Assembly: GCA_020850535.1 (NCBI GenBank)
Contig: JADZEM010000023.1
Coordinates: 26,522-90,521, forward strand
Origin: Chloroflexota bacterium
GTDB taxonomy: Bacteria; Chloroflexota; UBA6077; JACCZL01
Reading direction: 5' to 3'
DNA: 64,000 bases
Part shown: piece by piece, positions 9,465-20,728 of the stretch
Layout: every line of letters starts with the position of its first letter
How positions within the stretch are numbered: the first letter of the stretch is position 1
Notes under the pieces: generated by a model
Database searches by the model: none
Told to the model about the DNA's origin: nothing
What the model saw: only the letters and a program-made list of their open reading frames with translations
Translations under genes and position numbers: made by a program

Positions 9465-10451
9465 GTGGGAGAGGTCACAGTGACGATCCGCGAAGGTGGG
9501 CTGTCCCACATCCTCGACGCCGCGCAGTTCTCGCGGGAGTGGCTCCTCGAAGAGCTGTTCCCGCGCACCGACCTGATGCGTGAGATCCATCGCCTGGGCG
9601 ACTCGCGCCTGCTCACCGGTCGGCGCATGTTCGGCCTCTTCTACCAGCCGTCGACCCGTACGCGGATCTCGTTCGAGAGCGCCATGACCTCGCTCGGAGG
9701 CACCGTCAGCGGCATCGAGGTGCTCCGCGAAACCCGCGAGCGCGACGACGAGCCGCTGGAGGACCGTGTTCGGGTGCTCGGCTCCTACGGCTACGACGTG
9801 CTGCTGATCCGCTACCACGAGGAGGGCGGCGCGGCGCGGGCGGCCTCGGCGTCCAGCGTTCCCGTCATCAACGCTGGCGATGGCGACGGTCAGCACCCCA
9901 CCCAGGCGCTGCTCGACGCCTACACCATCCACCGCGAGGTAGGTCGGCTCCACGACCTCGAGATCGCCGTGGTCGGCGATCTGACCTACGAGCGGTCCGT
10001 CAACTCGCTGGCGGAGCTGCTGGCGAACGCGCCCGGCGTGCGCCTGCGCTTCGTGTCGCCGGACACGCTGCGCCTGCGGCCGGCGATCCGCGACCGCCTC
10101 AGCGCCGCCGGCGCGACCTTCGAGGAGCTGGACGACCTCGAAGCGGTGCTGCCGACCGCCGACGTGGTGTACCTGACGCGCGCCCACTCAGACCGAATGG
10201 TCATGGCGCAGCGGTTCACGACCGAGCGCCGCTCGTATGGCGTGGATGCCGGCGTGCTCTCGCGGATGAAGGAGCGGGCCATCGTGCTGCATCCGCTGCC
10301 CCGTGGACCTGAGCTGCCGCTCAGCCTCGATGGGGATCCGCGCGTCGCCTGCTTCCGGCAGGCGCAGAACGGCCTGTACGTCCGCATGGCGCTGCTCACC
10401 ATGGTGCTCCAGAACGCCAGCGGCTTGAAACCGCCGGAGGGCCGTCAGTAG
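9465..10451 (+). CDS. pyrB: Aspartate/ornithine carbamoyltransferase family protein, most like aspartate carbamoyltransferase catalytic chain
   Basis: Carbamoyl-phosphate binding STRTR (FYQPSTRTRISFE), HPTQ and the C-terminal HPLPR motif characteristic of ATCase rather than OTCase. Confidence 0.6.
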   Translation: MGEVTVTIREGGLSHILDAAQFSREWLLEELFPRTDLMREIHRLGDSRLLTGRRMFGLFYQPSTRTRISFESAMTSLGGTVSGIEVLRETRERDDEPLEDRVRVLGSYGYDVLLIRYHEEGGAARAASASSVPVINAGDGDGQHPTQALLDAYTIHREVGRLHDLEIAVVGDLTYERSVNSLAELLANAPGVRLRFVSPDTLRLRPAIRDRLSAAGATFEELDDLEAVLPTADVVYLTRAHSDRMVMAQRFTTERRSYGVDAGVLSRMKERAIVLHPLPRGPELPLSLDGDPRVACFRQAQNGLYVRMALLTMVLQNASGLKPPEGRQ

Positions 10452-10789
10452 AATCTGCGCTTGCTGATCCCCAGTGCGCTTCTTCGGGGAACCTCATCCC
10501 CCCTGTGCCTCAACTCTTGCGATAGCTCTCGGGCCTTCGTCCTCATCCTTCTTCGTAGGCGCCTCCGGAGCTCCGACCGCACGATGCGGCCAGATGGTGT
10601 GTGGTGTACCGCCGAAGGGACGAGACTGAGGTAGGTTGCTGAGGGGCATGATGGTCGGCTGCCGAGGGGCGCTGCCCCAGCGCGGTCTGGCTGGCTTGAC
10701 CGCGGTAACGATGGTTCGGTCTTCCGCCATGTCGCACGACGCTCGACGCGGTGCTGCGACGGGTGTCGGGCTCCAACGAAGGAGGTTGA

Positions 10790-12982
<2,193 letters not shown>

Positions 12983-13001
12983 GTCGCCTCGCCGATCCAA
13001 G

Positions 13002-13040
13002 GCCCTCACCCGCGGCGCGGGTGAGGGCTTCTTCTTGCCT
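13002..13040 (+). terminator. Putative intrinsic terminator shared by convergent hppA and murG
   Basis: GC-rich inverted repeat GCCCTCACCCG...CGGGTGAGGGC followed by TTCTTCTTG, located between convergent gene ends. Confidence 0.5.
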
Positions 13041-13041
13041 T

Positions 13042-14115
13042 TCAGCGGCCGGGGCGAACCAGCGCCAGCACGTCCTCGGCGATGCGCGCGGCGGCATCGG
13101 CCGGCATCAGCGCCCGCATCGCCGACCCGAGCGCGGCACGGCGCGTCTCATCCGCGGTCATCGCGCGGACCGTCTCGACCAGCACCTCCGGCGTCAGGTC
13201 GGACTGCTCGAAGGCCAGCGCCGCGCCGGCCAGCCCGAAGATCTCGGCGTTCGCCTCCTGGTGCGTGCCTGGCATCGGCACGATGATGGTCGGCTTGCCG
13301 AGCGCCGACAGCTCGGCGAGTGTGCCCATGCCGGCCCGCGACAGCACCACCGAGGCGGCGGCCAGCGCGTGCGGCATCTCCGAGACGATCAGCTCGTGCT
13401 GTTGGTAGCGTCGCCCCAGATCGGCCGTGGGGACGCCGCGGCCCCGGCCCGTCAGATGGAGCACCTGGCAGAACTCGACCAGGCGCGCGGCGGCCTCGGC
13501 CACGATCCGGTTCAGCCCGAGCGCACCGGTCCCGCCGCCCGTGACCAGCAGCAGCGGCACGCCCGCCTCAAAGCCGAACAGGCGCAGCCCCTCGGAAGCG
13601 TCGCCGCTCAAGATGCGCGGACGGACCGGATTGCCGCGCAGCGTCGTGCGGTTGCTCGGGAACGCGCCGACGGTGGCCGGCAGCGCGACGGTGATCTTCC
13701 GGGCGAACGGCACGAGCAGCTTGTTGGCGAGGCCGGGGATCGCGTCCTGCTGGTGGATCAGCACTGGCACCCGCAGCAGTCCGGCCGCCGCCAGCGGCGG
13801 TACGCTGGCGAACCCACCCGCGCCGCAGGCCACATCGGGCTTGAAGCGGCGGACGTGCCCGAGTGACTGGCCGACGCCCCAGGCGATCCGCCCCAGGTCG
13901 GTGACGTTCTGGGTGTCCCAGTAGCGCCGCAGCTTGCCCGTCGCGATGCCGACGTAGGGGATGCCCTCTTCGACCACGAGGGCGGCCTCCGGGCCGTCCT
14001 GAGTGGCGATGTACAGCAGCTCGATCTCTGGCGCCCGCGCCCGCAGCTCGCTTGCGACCGCCAGAATCGGCGTCGCCGAGCCGCCCGAGCCGCCGCCGGC
14101 AAGCAGAACGCGCAT
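13042..14115 (-). CDS. murG: Undecaprenyldiphospho-muramoylpentapeptide beta-N-acetylglucosaminyltransferase MurG
   Basis: MRVLLAGGGSGGSATPILAVA N-terminal G-loop, GT28 family order, and C-terminal EANAEI / GKPTIIVP motifs. The track ORF extends to 14850, but the in-frame ATG at 14115 matches the MurG N-terminus. Confidence 0.85.
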   Translation of the reverse strand: MRVLLAGGGSGGSATPILAVASELRARAPEIELLYIATQDGPEAALVVEEGIPYVGIATGKLRRYWDTQNVTDLGRIAWGVGQSLGHVRRFKPDVACGAGGFASVPPLAAAGLLRVPVLIHQQDAIPGLANKLLVPFARKITVALPATVGAFPSNRTTLRGNPVRPRILSGDASEGLRLFGFEAGVPLLLVTGGGTGALGLNRIVAEAAARLVEFCQVLHLTGRGRGVPTADLGRRYQQHELIVSEMPHALAAASVVLSRAGMGTLAELSALGKPTIIVPMPGTHQEANAEIFGLAGAALAFEQSDLTPEVLVETVRAMTADETRRAALGSAMRALMPADAAARIAEDVLALVRPGR

Positions 14116-14295
14116 CCGTCCTCCGAGCCAGCGAGTATACCGCCCGTCACGGTCGTGCCCGGCGTCCCGGTGTGCCGTGCCGCCTTGACACCCGCCGGAG
14201 GCCGTCGATACCCTTCGAGCAGGGATCACCAGCGGCGCAGGCTGTCTGCGAATCCGCTCAGTCTCCGCTGGAGCCGCCGCGTGAGCACAGACGGA

Positions 14296-14958
14296 ATGCC
14301 GGTCCTCGCCGCCTCGCCAGAGGACGGACCGTGGATCGGCATGCGCCGAGCATGCGAAATACTCGGAGTCAACCAGTCGACGCTGCGCGCCTGGACTGAC
14401 AGCGGACGCGTGCCTGTCTTCCTGACGCCCGGCGGGCACCGCCGCTATCGCGAGGCCGACTTGCGCGCCCTGGTTGAATCGAGCGGCGGCCAGCACACCG
14501 AGCCGCTCGCGACGGCGCTGCTCGCCAGCCACGAACGCTACGAGCAGGTCGCGCGGACCGCCCTGTCCAGCCCGTGGTTTCAGCGCTTCGATGCGCCAGC
14601 ACGCCGCCAGTTCCGGCTGCTGGGCGTCTCGATGCTCAATCTGCTGACGACCCACCTCGTTGCCACGACCTCGCCCGAGCGCGACGACGCCCTGGTGCGA
14701 GGCCGCGAGCTGGCAGCCGAGTACGGTGAGATGGCCAATCGGCTCGGGCTGACGCTGGCCGAGGCGACCGAGGCGTTCCTGCTGTTCAGGAACCCGGTCC
14801 TGGAGACGGTCCACCAGTGGCTCGGGGCGCAGACGAACCCGACGCGGCACGCCAGTGATATGCTCTCACGGGTCAACCATTTCATGGATCAGGTGCTGGT
14901 GGTGATGACCGCCGCCCACGAACGTGGCGCGCAGCCCGGAGCGAACGCCGCCCGATGA
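14296..14958 (+). CDS. HTH (excisionase/MerR-like) DNA-binding protein with C-terminal domain of unknown function
   Basis: MRRACEILGVNQSTLRAWTDSGRVPVFLTPGGHRRY resembles the excisionase-family HTH. Lies upstream of the tetrapyrrole genes. Start chosen at an internal ATG. Confidence 0.5.
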   Translation: MPVLAASPEDGPWIGMRRACEILGVNQSTLRAWTDSGRVPVFLTPGGHRRYREADLRALVESSGGQHTEPLATALLASHERYEQVARTALSSPWFQRFDAPARRQFRLLGVSMLNLLTTHLVATTSPERDDALVRGRELAAEYGEMANRLGLTLAEATEAFLLFRNPVLETVHQWLGAQTNPTRHASDMLSRVNHFMDQVLVVMTAAHERGAQPGANAAR

Positions 14959-15590
14959 CCGCTGCAGGCTATCCCGTCGTCCTGCGGATCTTCGGGAAAC
15001 GGTGCGTGGTGGTCGGCGGCGGGCAGGTGGCCACGCGCAAGGTCGGGGCGCTCGCGCGGGATGGGGCCGATCTGCTGGTCGTCGCGCCAGAGGTCTCCGA
15101 GGAGATCGCGGCCCAGGAGGCGGCCGGCAGCCTGATTGTCGAGCGGCGCCCGTTCGAGCCGTCTGACCTGGACGGCGCGCTGCTGGCCATCGCTGCGACC
15201 GACAGCCAGGCTGTCAATCAGCAGGTGACCGAGGCCGCCCGGGCGCGCGGCGTGCTGGTCAACGTGGCCGACGACCCTGGCGCATGCGATTTCACGCTGC
15301 CGGCCCTTGTGCGGCGCAAGGACATCACGCTGGCGATCTCCACGGGCGGCCGCAGCCCGGCCTTCGCACGCTACCTCCGCGAGCAGCTCTCCGACTGGCT
15401 CGTGGACTCGCGCCTGCTGCTGCTGGAGATCATGGCCGAGTTGCGGCGCGACCTGCGAGCGGCGGGGAAGTCAGTCGGGTCTGACGGGTGGCGTCGAGCG
15501 GTCGCCGATCCGCTGGTCGCGGCTGCTGTCGCCCGGGGAGATCGCGAGGCGGCGCGCCGTCGTCTGTTCGAGACCCTGATGGCCGGCTAG
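14955..15590 (+). CDS. sirC: Precorrin-2 dehydrogenase / sirohydrochlorin ferrochelatase (siroheme synthase N-terminal-domain-like)
   Basis: Rossmann motif VVVGGGQVATRKV with CysG-N/SirC-like architecture of about 210 aa. Overlaps the upstream gene stop. Confidence 0.7.
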   Translation: MTAAGYPVVLRIFGKRCVVVGGGQVATRKVGALARDGADLLVVAPEVSEEIAAQEAAGSLIVERRPFEPSDLDGALLAIAATDSQAVNQQVTEAARARGVLVNVADDPGACDFTLPALVRRKDITLAISTGGRSPAFARYLREQLSDWLVDSRLLLLEIMAELRRDLRAAGKSVGSDGWRRAVADPLVAAAVARGDREAARRRLFETLMAG

Positions 15591-15617
15591 CCGCGCTGAG
15601 TTCGTACAATTCACGTC

Positions 15618-16559
15618 GTGTCAACTCCTTCAGCGGCTCCGAAGACGCTCCGCGTCGTGACGCGAGGCAGTCAGCTCGCGTTGATCCAGACCCGTCAGGT
15701 CGTCGATCTCCTGGCGCAGCGCTGGCCCGGCTTGCAGTTCGAGATCGTCACGGCCAGCACGCCCGGCGACCGAGACAAGCACACGCCGCTGACGACGCTG
15801 GGACAGGGCGTCTTCGTCAAGGGCGTCGAGGAGCAACTGCTTCACGGACGCGTGGACCTCGCCGTGCACAGCCTCAAGGACGTGCCGACCGACGAGACGC
15901 CTGGGTTGCGGCTGGGGGCGTTCCCGCTGCGGGCCGATGCTCGCGATGGTCTGGTCTGCCGGGTCGGGCGAAACCTCGCCAGCCTCCCGTCTGGCGCTCG
16001 CGTCGGCACCGGCAGTCCGCGCCGGGCGGCCCAGCTGCTGGCCCTGCGCGGCGATCTCCAGATCACGCCGATTCGCGGCAACCTCGACACCCGCCTGAGA
16101 AAGCTGCGCGAGGGCGAGATCGACGCGCTGACGGTCGCCGTGGCCGGCCTGGAGCGGCTGGGACGGCTCCCGGAGCTGGATCAGGCGCTCGAAGTCGATG
16201 AATGTACGCCGGCGGCCGGTCAGGGGACGCTCGTCGTGCAGTGCCGCGCCGACGACGAGCAGGCCCTCGCCGTGCTGGCTGCCATTGACCGGCCGACCAT
16301 CCGTGCCGAGGCGCTGGCCGAGCGGGCGTTCCTGGCCCGCCTGGGTGGCGGCTGCGAGCTGCCGGCCGGGGCCGTGGCCCGCGTCTTCGACGGTGGGTCC
16401 ATCGAGCTGGTTGGCGTCGTCGCATCCCAGGATGGGAAGCGACTGGCCCGCGAGCACAGCTCCGGGCCGGCCGATGATCCCGTCGTGGCCGGCGTTGCGC
16501 TGGCCGAGGCGCTGCTGCCGCTCGCCAAACAGCTCATTCCGGACGTGCCCGATGCCTGA
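15618..16559 (+). CDS. hemC: Hydroxymethylbilane synthase (porphobilinogen deaminase)
   Basis: LRVVTRGSQLALIQT, GTGSPRRAAQL, and dipyrromethane cofactor Cys region GGGCELPAGA. Confidence 0.9.
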   Translation: MSTPSAAPKTLRVVTRGSQLALIQTRQVVDLLAQRWPGLQFEIVTASTPGDRDKHTPLTTLGQGVFVKGVEEQLLHGRVDLAVHSLKDVPTDETPGLRLGAFPLRADARDGLVCRVGRNLASLPSGARVGTGSPRRAAQLLALRGDLQITPIRGNLDTRLRKLREGEIDALTVAVAGLERLGRLPELDQALEVDECTPAAGQGTLVVQCRADDEQALAVLAAIDRPTIRAEALAERAFLARLGGGCELPAGAVARVFDGGSIELVGVVASQDGKRLAREHSSGPADDPVVAGVALAEALLPLAKQLIPDVPDA

Positions 16560-18102
16560 CGCTCCCGTGTCGTCGTCCGTTGGCAAGGCCTACCTCGTCG
16601 GCGCTGGCCCCGGCGATCCCCGTCTGATCACCGTGCGCGGCGTCGAGTGCCTCAAGCAGGCCGAGGTCGTGGTCTACGACCGGCTGGCCTCGCCCGAGCT
16701 GCTGGGCTACGTCCCCGAGTCCGCCGAGCGGGTCTTCGTCGGGAAGGGGCCGCGCCAGCACACGATGTCGCAGGACGAGATCAACGAGCTGCTGGTCGAG
16801 CGTGGACTGGCCGGCAAGGTCGTGGTGCGCCTGAAGGGCGGCGACCCGTACGTCTTCGGGCGGGGCGGCGAGGAGGTCATCGCTCTGCGCGAGGCCGGCA
16901 TCCCGTTCGAGGTGGTCCCGGGCATCACGTCGAGCATCGCCGGTCCGAGCTTTGCCGGCATCCCGGTGACGCATCGGCAGGTGGCCTCGTCGTTCGCGGT
17001 GATCACCGGCCACGAAGATCCGACCAAGGGCGGCAGCTCGATCCGCTGGGAAGGGCTGGCAAACGGGCCAGACACGCTGATCTTCCTGATGGGGGTCGAG
17101 CACCTGGAGTCGATTGTCGAGAACCTGCTGCGCCACGGACGGCCGTCTTCGGAGCCCGCCGGCCTGGTGCGCTGGGCGACGACCCCCGAGCAGGAGGTCC
17201 TGACGGGCACGCTGGGCGATATCGTGGCCCGTGTGAAGGCGGCCGGCCTGAAGCCGCCGGCCGTGCTGGTCGTCGGCTCCGTGGTGAGCCTGCGCGAGCA
17301 ACTGGACTGGCGCTCGCAGCTGCCGCTGGCGGGCCTCCGCGTCCTGGTGACCCGCGCCCGCCAGCAGGCGAGCGCTCTCTCGGCGCGGCTGGTGGAGCTG
17401 GGGGCCGCCCCGCTCGAATACCCGACCATCGAGATCCGTCCGGTCGAGGATCCGGCCCCGTTCGACGCGGCGCTCGCCGACCTGGGCCGGTTCGGCTGGA
17501 TCGTCTTTACCAGCACGAACGGCGTCGAGGCGTTCTGGCAGCGGCTGCTGGCGGCTGACAAGGACGGCCGGTCGCTGGCCGGCGTGCGGGTCTGCGCTAT
17601 CGGGCCGAGCACGGCGGCGGCCCTGCGCGAGCGCTCGATCCTGGCCGACTGGATGCCCCAGGAGTTCGTGACGGACAGCGTTCTGGACGGCTTCAATGCG
17701 TATGACCTGCGAGGCGTCGAGGTGCTGCTCGCCCGCGCCGACATCGCGCCGCCACTCCTGGCCGACGGGCTGCGCGAGCGGGGCGCAACGGTGACGGAGG
17801 TGACGGCCTACCGCACCATCCCCTCGGACGAGAGCCGCGAGCGTCTGCTCAGCGTCCTCGAGCGTCGGGGCATCGACGTGGTCACACTGACCAGCTCGTC
17901 CACCGCGCGCAATCTGGTGGCTGGCATTGGCGGGCGCCTGGAGCTGCTGGCCGGCCTGACCATTGCCAGCATCGGGCCGGTCACCAGCAAGACGGCCCGC
18001 GAACTGGGGCTGACCGTCGATGTCGAAGCGGCGGTTCACACGATCCCAGGGCTGGTGGATGCCCTGGTCGTCCGAGCCGCCGAGCGCCGCCGCACCCGGT
18101 AA
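16552..18102 (+). CDS. cobA: Bifunctional uroporphyrinogen-III C-methyltransferase / uroporphyrinogen-III synthase (CobA-HemD fusion)
   Basis: N-terminal SUMT motifs (GKAYLVGAGPGDPRLITVRG, VVRLKGGDPYVFGRGGEE) then a C-terminal HemD-like domain (LAGLRVLVTRARQQA...). ATG at 16552 overlaps the hemC end by 8 nt. Confidence 0.9.
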   Translation: MPDAPVSSSVGKAYLVGAGPGDPRLITVRGVECLKQAEVVVYDRLASPELLGYVPESAERVFVGKGPRQHTMSQDEINELLVERGLAGKVVVRLKGGDPYVFGRGGEEVIALREAGIPFEVVPGITSSIAGPSFAGIPVTHRQVASSFAVITGHEDPTKGGSSIRWEGLANGPDTLIFLMGVEHLESIVENLLRHGRPSSEPAGLVRWATTPEQEVLTGTLGDIVARVKAAGLKPPAVLVVGSVVSLREQLDWRSQLPLAGLRVLVTRARQQASALSARLVELGAAPLEYPTIEIRPVEDPAPFDAALADLGRFGWIVFTSTNGVEAFWQRLLAADKDGRSLAGVRVCAIGPSTAAALRERSILADWMPQEFVTDSVLDGFNAYDLRGVEVLLARADIAPPLLADGLRERGATVTEVTAYRTIPSDESRERLLSVLERRGIDVVTLTSSSTARNLVAGIGGRLELLAGLTIASIGPVTSKTARELGLTVDVEAAVHTIPGLVDALVVRAAERRRTR

Positions 18103-18113
18103 CCCGCCCGGCG

Positions 18114-18142
18114 GGCATCAGGTGGCCTCTCCACCTGATGCC
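18114..18142 (+). terminator. Perfect 12-bp GC-rich hairpin after hemD, between convergent genes
   Basis: GGCATCAGGTGG-CCTCT-CCACCTGATGCC stem-loop about 10 nt downstream of the cobA/hemD stop. Confidence 0.5.
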
Positions 18143-18209
18143 ACCCGCTGTGTGCCGGATCTGCGTGAGACACTGGACGTGCGCGTGCTGGCGGGCGCTC
18201 GCCGGCGGC

Positions 18210-18476
18210 TCAGGCGGGGTCTGGCTCCACCAGTTTCGTGACCGAGTCGACGTAATGGTAGGCGCGCTTGAACCGTGCGAGCGCGGCTTCCAGCGTATCG
18301 TCGCCGGACGGCGCGAACTGCTCGGCCCAGCGGGCAGCCAACTGAAGCTTCGCCACGTTCTCATCGCCGCTGCCCACGCCGATGCGCTCGGGCCGGGCCG
18401 CCGCCACGATAGCCTCAGCCTCGCTGCCGCGCGGCGTCTTCTCGACCGCTGTCTCGTCTGCCGTTCGCTCGTCCAT
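18210..18476 (-). CDS. Hypothetical small protein
   Basis: ORF with internal ATG (MDERTADETAVEKTPRG...). No recognisable motifs. Convergent with hemD. Confidence 0.3.
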   Translation of the reverse strand: MDERTADETAVEKTPRGSEAEAIVAAARPERIGVGSGDENVAKLQLAARWAEQFAPSGDDTLEAALARFKRAYHYVDSVTKLVEPDPA

Positions 18477-18616
18477 CACCGATGTGTGCTCCTTCGTCGC
18501 GCGGCTTGGGCTGCGCCGACGATATTTCCCGGCCCATGCGTTCGGATGTTCTTCGTCTGTGAAGGGTATACGCTCGACCGACCAGGGGCGCATCGTTTTG
18601 GGCGGCCGATCCGGGG

Positions 18617-20611
18617 TTACTGCTTGACCACGGTGACGCGGGACAGCTCTCGGAAGCCGGGCGGCTGCCCGCCGACGAACGGCTCATCCTGCTCGGTGCG
18701 GATCTGGGTCAGGATCGCCTGGTGCGTCTGCTCGTCGACGACCCCGATGGCCAGCACGTGCTGCGATCCCGGCGGGCCGCCGATCTCGACATCCGTAAGC
18801 TGCCAGCTGCCATCGCGTTCGGTCAGCACCTCGCCCTTGTACGGCCACCAGTTGTCGGCGCTGCCTTCGGGGTGAATCAGCAACCACAGGTGCTCGTCAG
18901 GTGACTGTGCGCCAGCCTTCCGCCCGATGATGGGCGGGCGGGCAGGCACCTGCTCGCCATCGGCCGGCGACACGATCTGCACGGCCAGAGGGCCTCGGAT
19001 CGGGTCCGGGGTCGGCGTGGCCGTGGGCGGCTCCGGGGTGGCGGATGGCGTCGGGGACGGCTCAGCGGTCACCGTCGGCGTGCTGGTCGGCTCGGTCGCC
19101 GGCGGACTCGGCGATGGCGGCGGCGCCTGCGCGTTCACCGTCGGAGAGGCCGCCGGTGAGGGCGACCCACCCACAGCGGGCGCGCCCGGCCCGCCCGGAC
19201 CCACGACTGAGCCGACCGGGGTAGGCGTCGCCGTCACCACCGTCGGCGTGGCCGGCGTCCGCGCCGGGGGGAGGCTTGGGAGATCCGGCATCGAAAATGG
19301 AAGCTCGTAGCCGCGCGAACGGGCGACGTACGCTCCCACCGTGGCGGCCACCCCGATCAGCAGTACGATGATGAGCGCCAGCGGCCAGACCCGGCGCGGC
19401 TGCTCTGGCCGCGCTGTGACCTGACGCCAACGCTCGGTGTCGCTGACCTGATTCGACCAGGCGTCAGCGGGCGGACCTGGGATGACCTCGCCGTAGTCGG
19501 GATGCGGGGTTGCTTGACCGTGCCACCGGCCAGCATCGCTTCCTGGGCCTGGCTGATACGGACCGGATCCGGTTGGATAGTGCGGCGGCGGCCCCGGGGC
19601 GCTTGACCCGGGCGGGTAGCCGCCGCCCGGTCCGCTCACGCCTCCGTACGTTTCGCGCCTGTAGCCCGGATTGACGGCGCCAGGCGGCGGTGTCCCGCTC
19701 CAGGTGTCCCCAGGTCCGGGGGCCGGGCGAGGCGTGGTCGGGCGGATCGGGGCGATGGTCCCGGGGCGCGGCGTCGGCGGATCGTCTCCCAGGAGCGCAT
19801 CCTCGAAAGCTGTTGCCAGCGCAACGCCGCTCCGGCAGCGCTGGCGTGGCTCCTTGGCGAGCGCCTGCGCCACGACCCTGTCCACAGCCGCCGTGGTCCG
19901 TCGGACCTTTCCCGAGACCGGCGGGGCTGGCTCGTGGATGTGGGCGCGGATGGTCGCGAGCGGCGTGTCACGCTGAAACGGCAACTCGCCCGTCAGCATC
20001 TCGTACAGCACGACGCCGAGCGAATAGAGGTCGCTGAACGGCCCGATCTCATCGCCGGTCGCCAGCTCCGGGGCCATGTAGTGCGGCGTGCCGATCATCG
20101 TGCCGCTGACGGTGAGGTTCTGCTCCTCCGTCTCCAGCAGCCGGGCGATGCCGAAGTCGGCCAGGACTGGCTCGCCGTCGCGCGTGAAGAGGATGTTGGA
20201 CGGCTTCACGTCGCGGTGGATCAGCCCGGCCCGGTGGGCCACGTCGAGAGCCGACCCGATGCCGCGCAGAACACGCAGGATCTCGGTGTATGGCAGGGGA
20301 TGTCCGAGCCGCTCGGCCAGCGACCCGCCCGGCAACAGCTCCGTGACCATGTAGGCGATGCCATCATGCTCGCCGAAGTCGTAGACGGTCAGGATGTGCG
20401 GATGGCGCAGCCGCGATGCAGCACGGGCCTCACGGCGGAAGCGCTCCAGGAAGCCGGGCGTCTCGGCGAGCGTCGGCCACAGGACTTTGATCGCGACATT
20501 GCGATCCAGCGCCGGGTGATGTGCCTGGTACACGGTCGCCATGCCACCGCGCCCGAGGCGAGCGGTGATGACGTACGCGCCGAGTGTTGTACCGGGGGCC
20601 AACTCCAGCAT
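18617..20611 (-). CDS. Ser/Thr protein kinase with TM helix, Pro-rich linker and C-terminal extracytoplasmic domain
   Basis: Hanks kinase motifs GRGGMATVY, AIK, HRDVKPSNIL, DFG, GTPHYMAPE. A long P/G/T-rich region, one TM (VWPLALIIVLLIGVAATVGAYV) and a C-terminal domain follow. Confidence 0.85.
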   Translation of the reverse strand: MLELAPGTTLGAYVITARLGRGGMATVYQAHHPALDRNVAIKVLWPTLAETPGFLERFRREARAASRLRHPHILTVYDFGEHDGIAYMVTELLPGGSLAERLGHPLPYTEILRVLRGIGSALDVAHRAGLIHRDVKPSNILFTRDGEPVLADFGIARLLETEEQNLTVSGTMIGTPHYMAPELATGDEIGPFSDLYSLGVVLYEMLTGELPFQRDTPLATIRAHIHEPAPPVSGKVRRTTAAVDRVVAQALAKEPRQRCRSGVALATAFEDALLGDDPPTPRPGTIAPIRPTTPRPAPGPGDTWSGTPPPGAVNPGYRRETYGGVSGPGGGYPPGSSAPGPPPHYPTGSGPYQPGPGSDAGRWHGQATPHPDYGEVIPGPPADAWSNQVSDTERWRQVTARPEQPRRVWPLALIIVLLIGVAATVGAYVARSRGYELPFSMPDLPSLPPARTPATPTVVTATPTPVGSVVGPGGPGAPAVGGSPSPAASPTVNAQAPPPSPSPPATEPTSTPTVTAEPSPTPSATPEPPTATPTPDPIRGPLAVQIVSPADGEQVPARPPIIGRKAGAQSPDEHLWLLIHPEGSADNWWPYKGEVLTERDGSWQLTDVEIGGPPGSQHVLAIGVVDEQTHQAILTQIRTEQDEPFVGGQPPGFRELSRVTVVKQ

Positions 20612-20728
20612 GATGGTAGACCCATCATAGCACCGTGTGGCGGCGGCTCGAACCATTCGAGGTACGGAGAGTCCTACGGAGCGTGCCTCAGGGTTTGGCC
20701 CCGATAGCTGTGGACGCGACGCCTGACG

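Noticed and set aside
10452-10789. tRNA or riboswitch in the 340-bp gap upstream of hppA
   Set aside because: No cloverleaf-compatible T-loop/anticodon arrangement or known riboswitch consensus recognised. Cannot be supported by eye.
13042-14850. 602-aa extension of the murG ORF, and overlapping plus ORF 13021..13866
   Set aside because: In-frame ATG at 14115 gives the canonical MurG N-terminus MRVLLAGGGSGG. The upstream 245 codons are Arg/Pro/Gln-rich read-through. The plus ORF is antisense to murG.
15630-18039. Minus-strand ORFs 15630..16586 and 16534..18039 (318 and 501 aa)
   Set aside because: Antisense to hemC and cobA/hemD, both of which have clear enzyme motifs. No domain signatures in the antisense frames.
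19934-20707. Plus ORF 19934..20707 and other ORFs inside the kinase gene
   Set aside because: Antisense or alternate frame to a kinase with full Hanks motifs.
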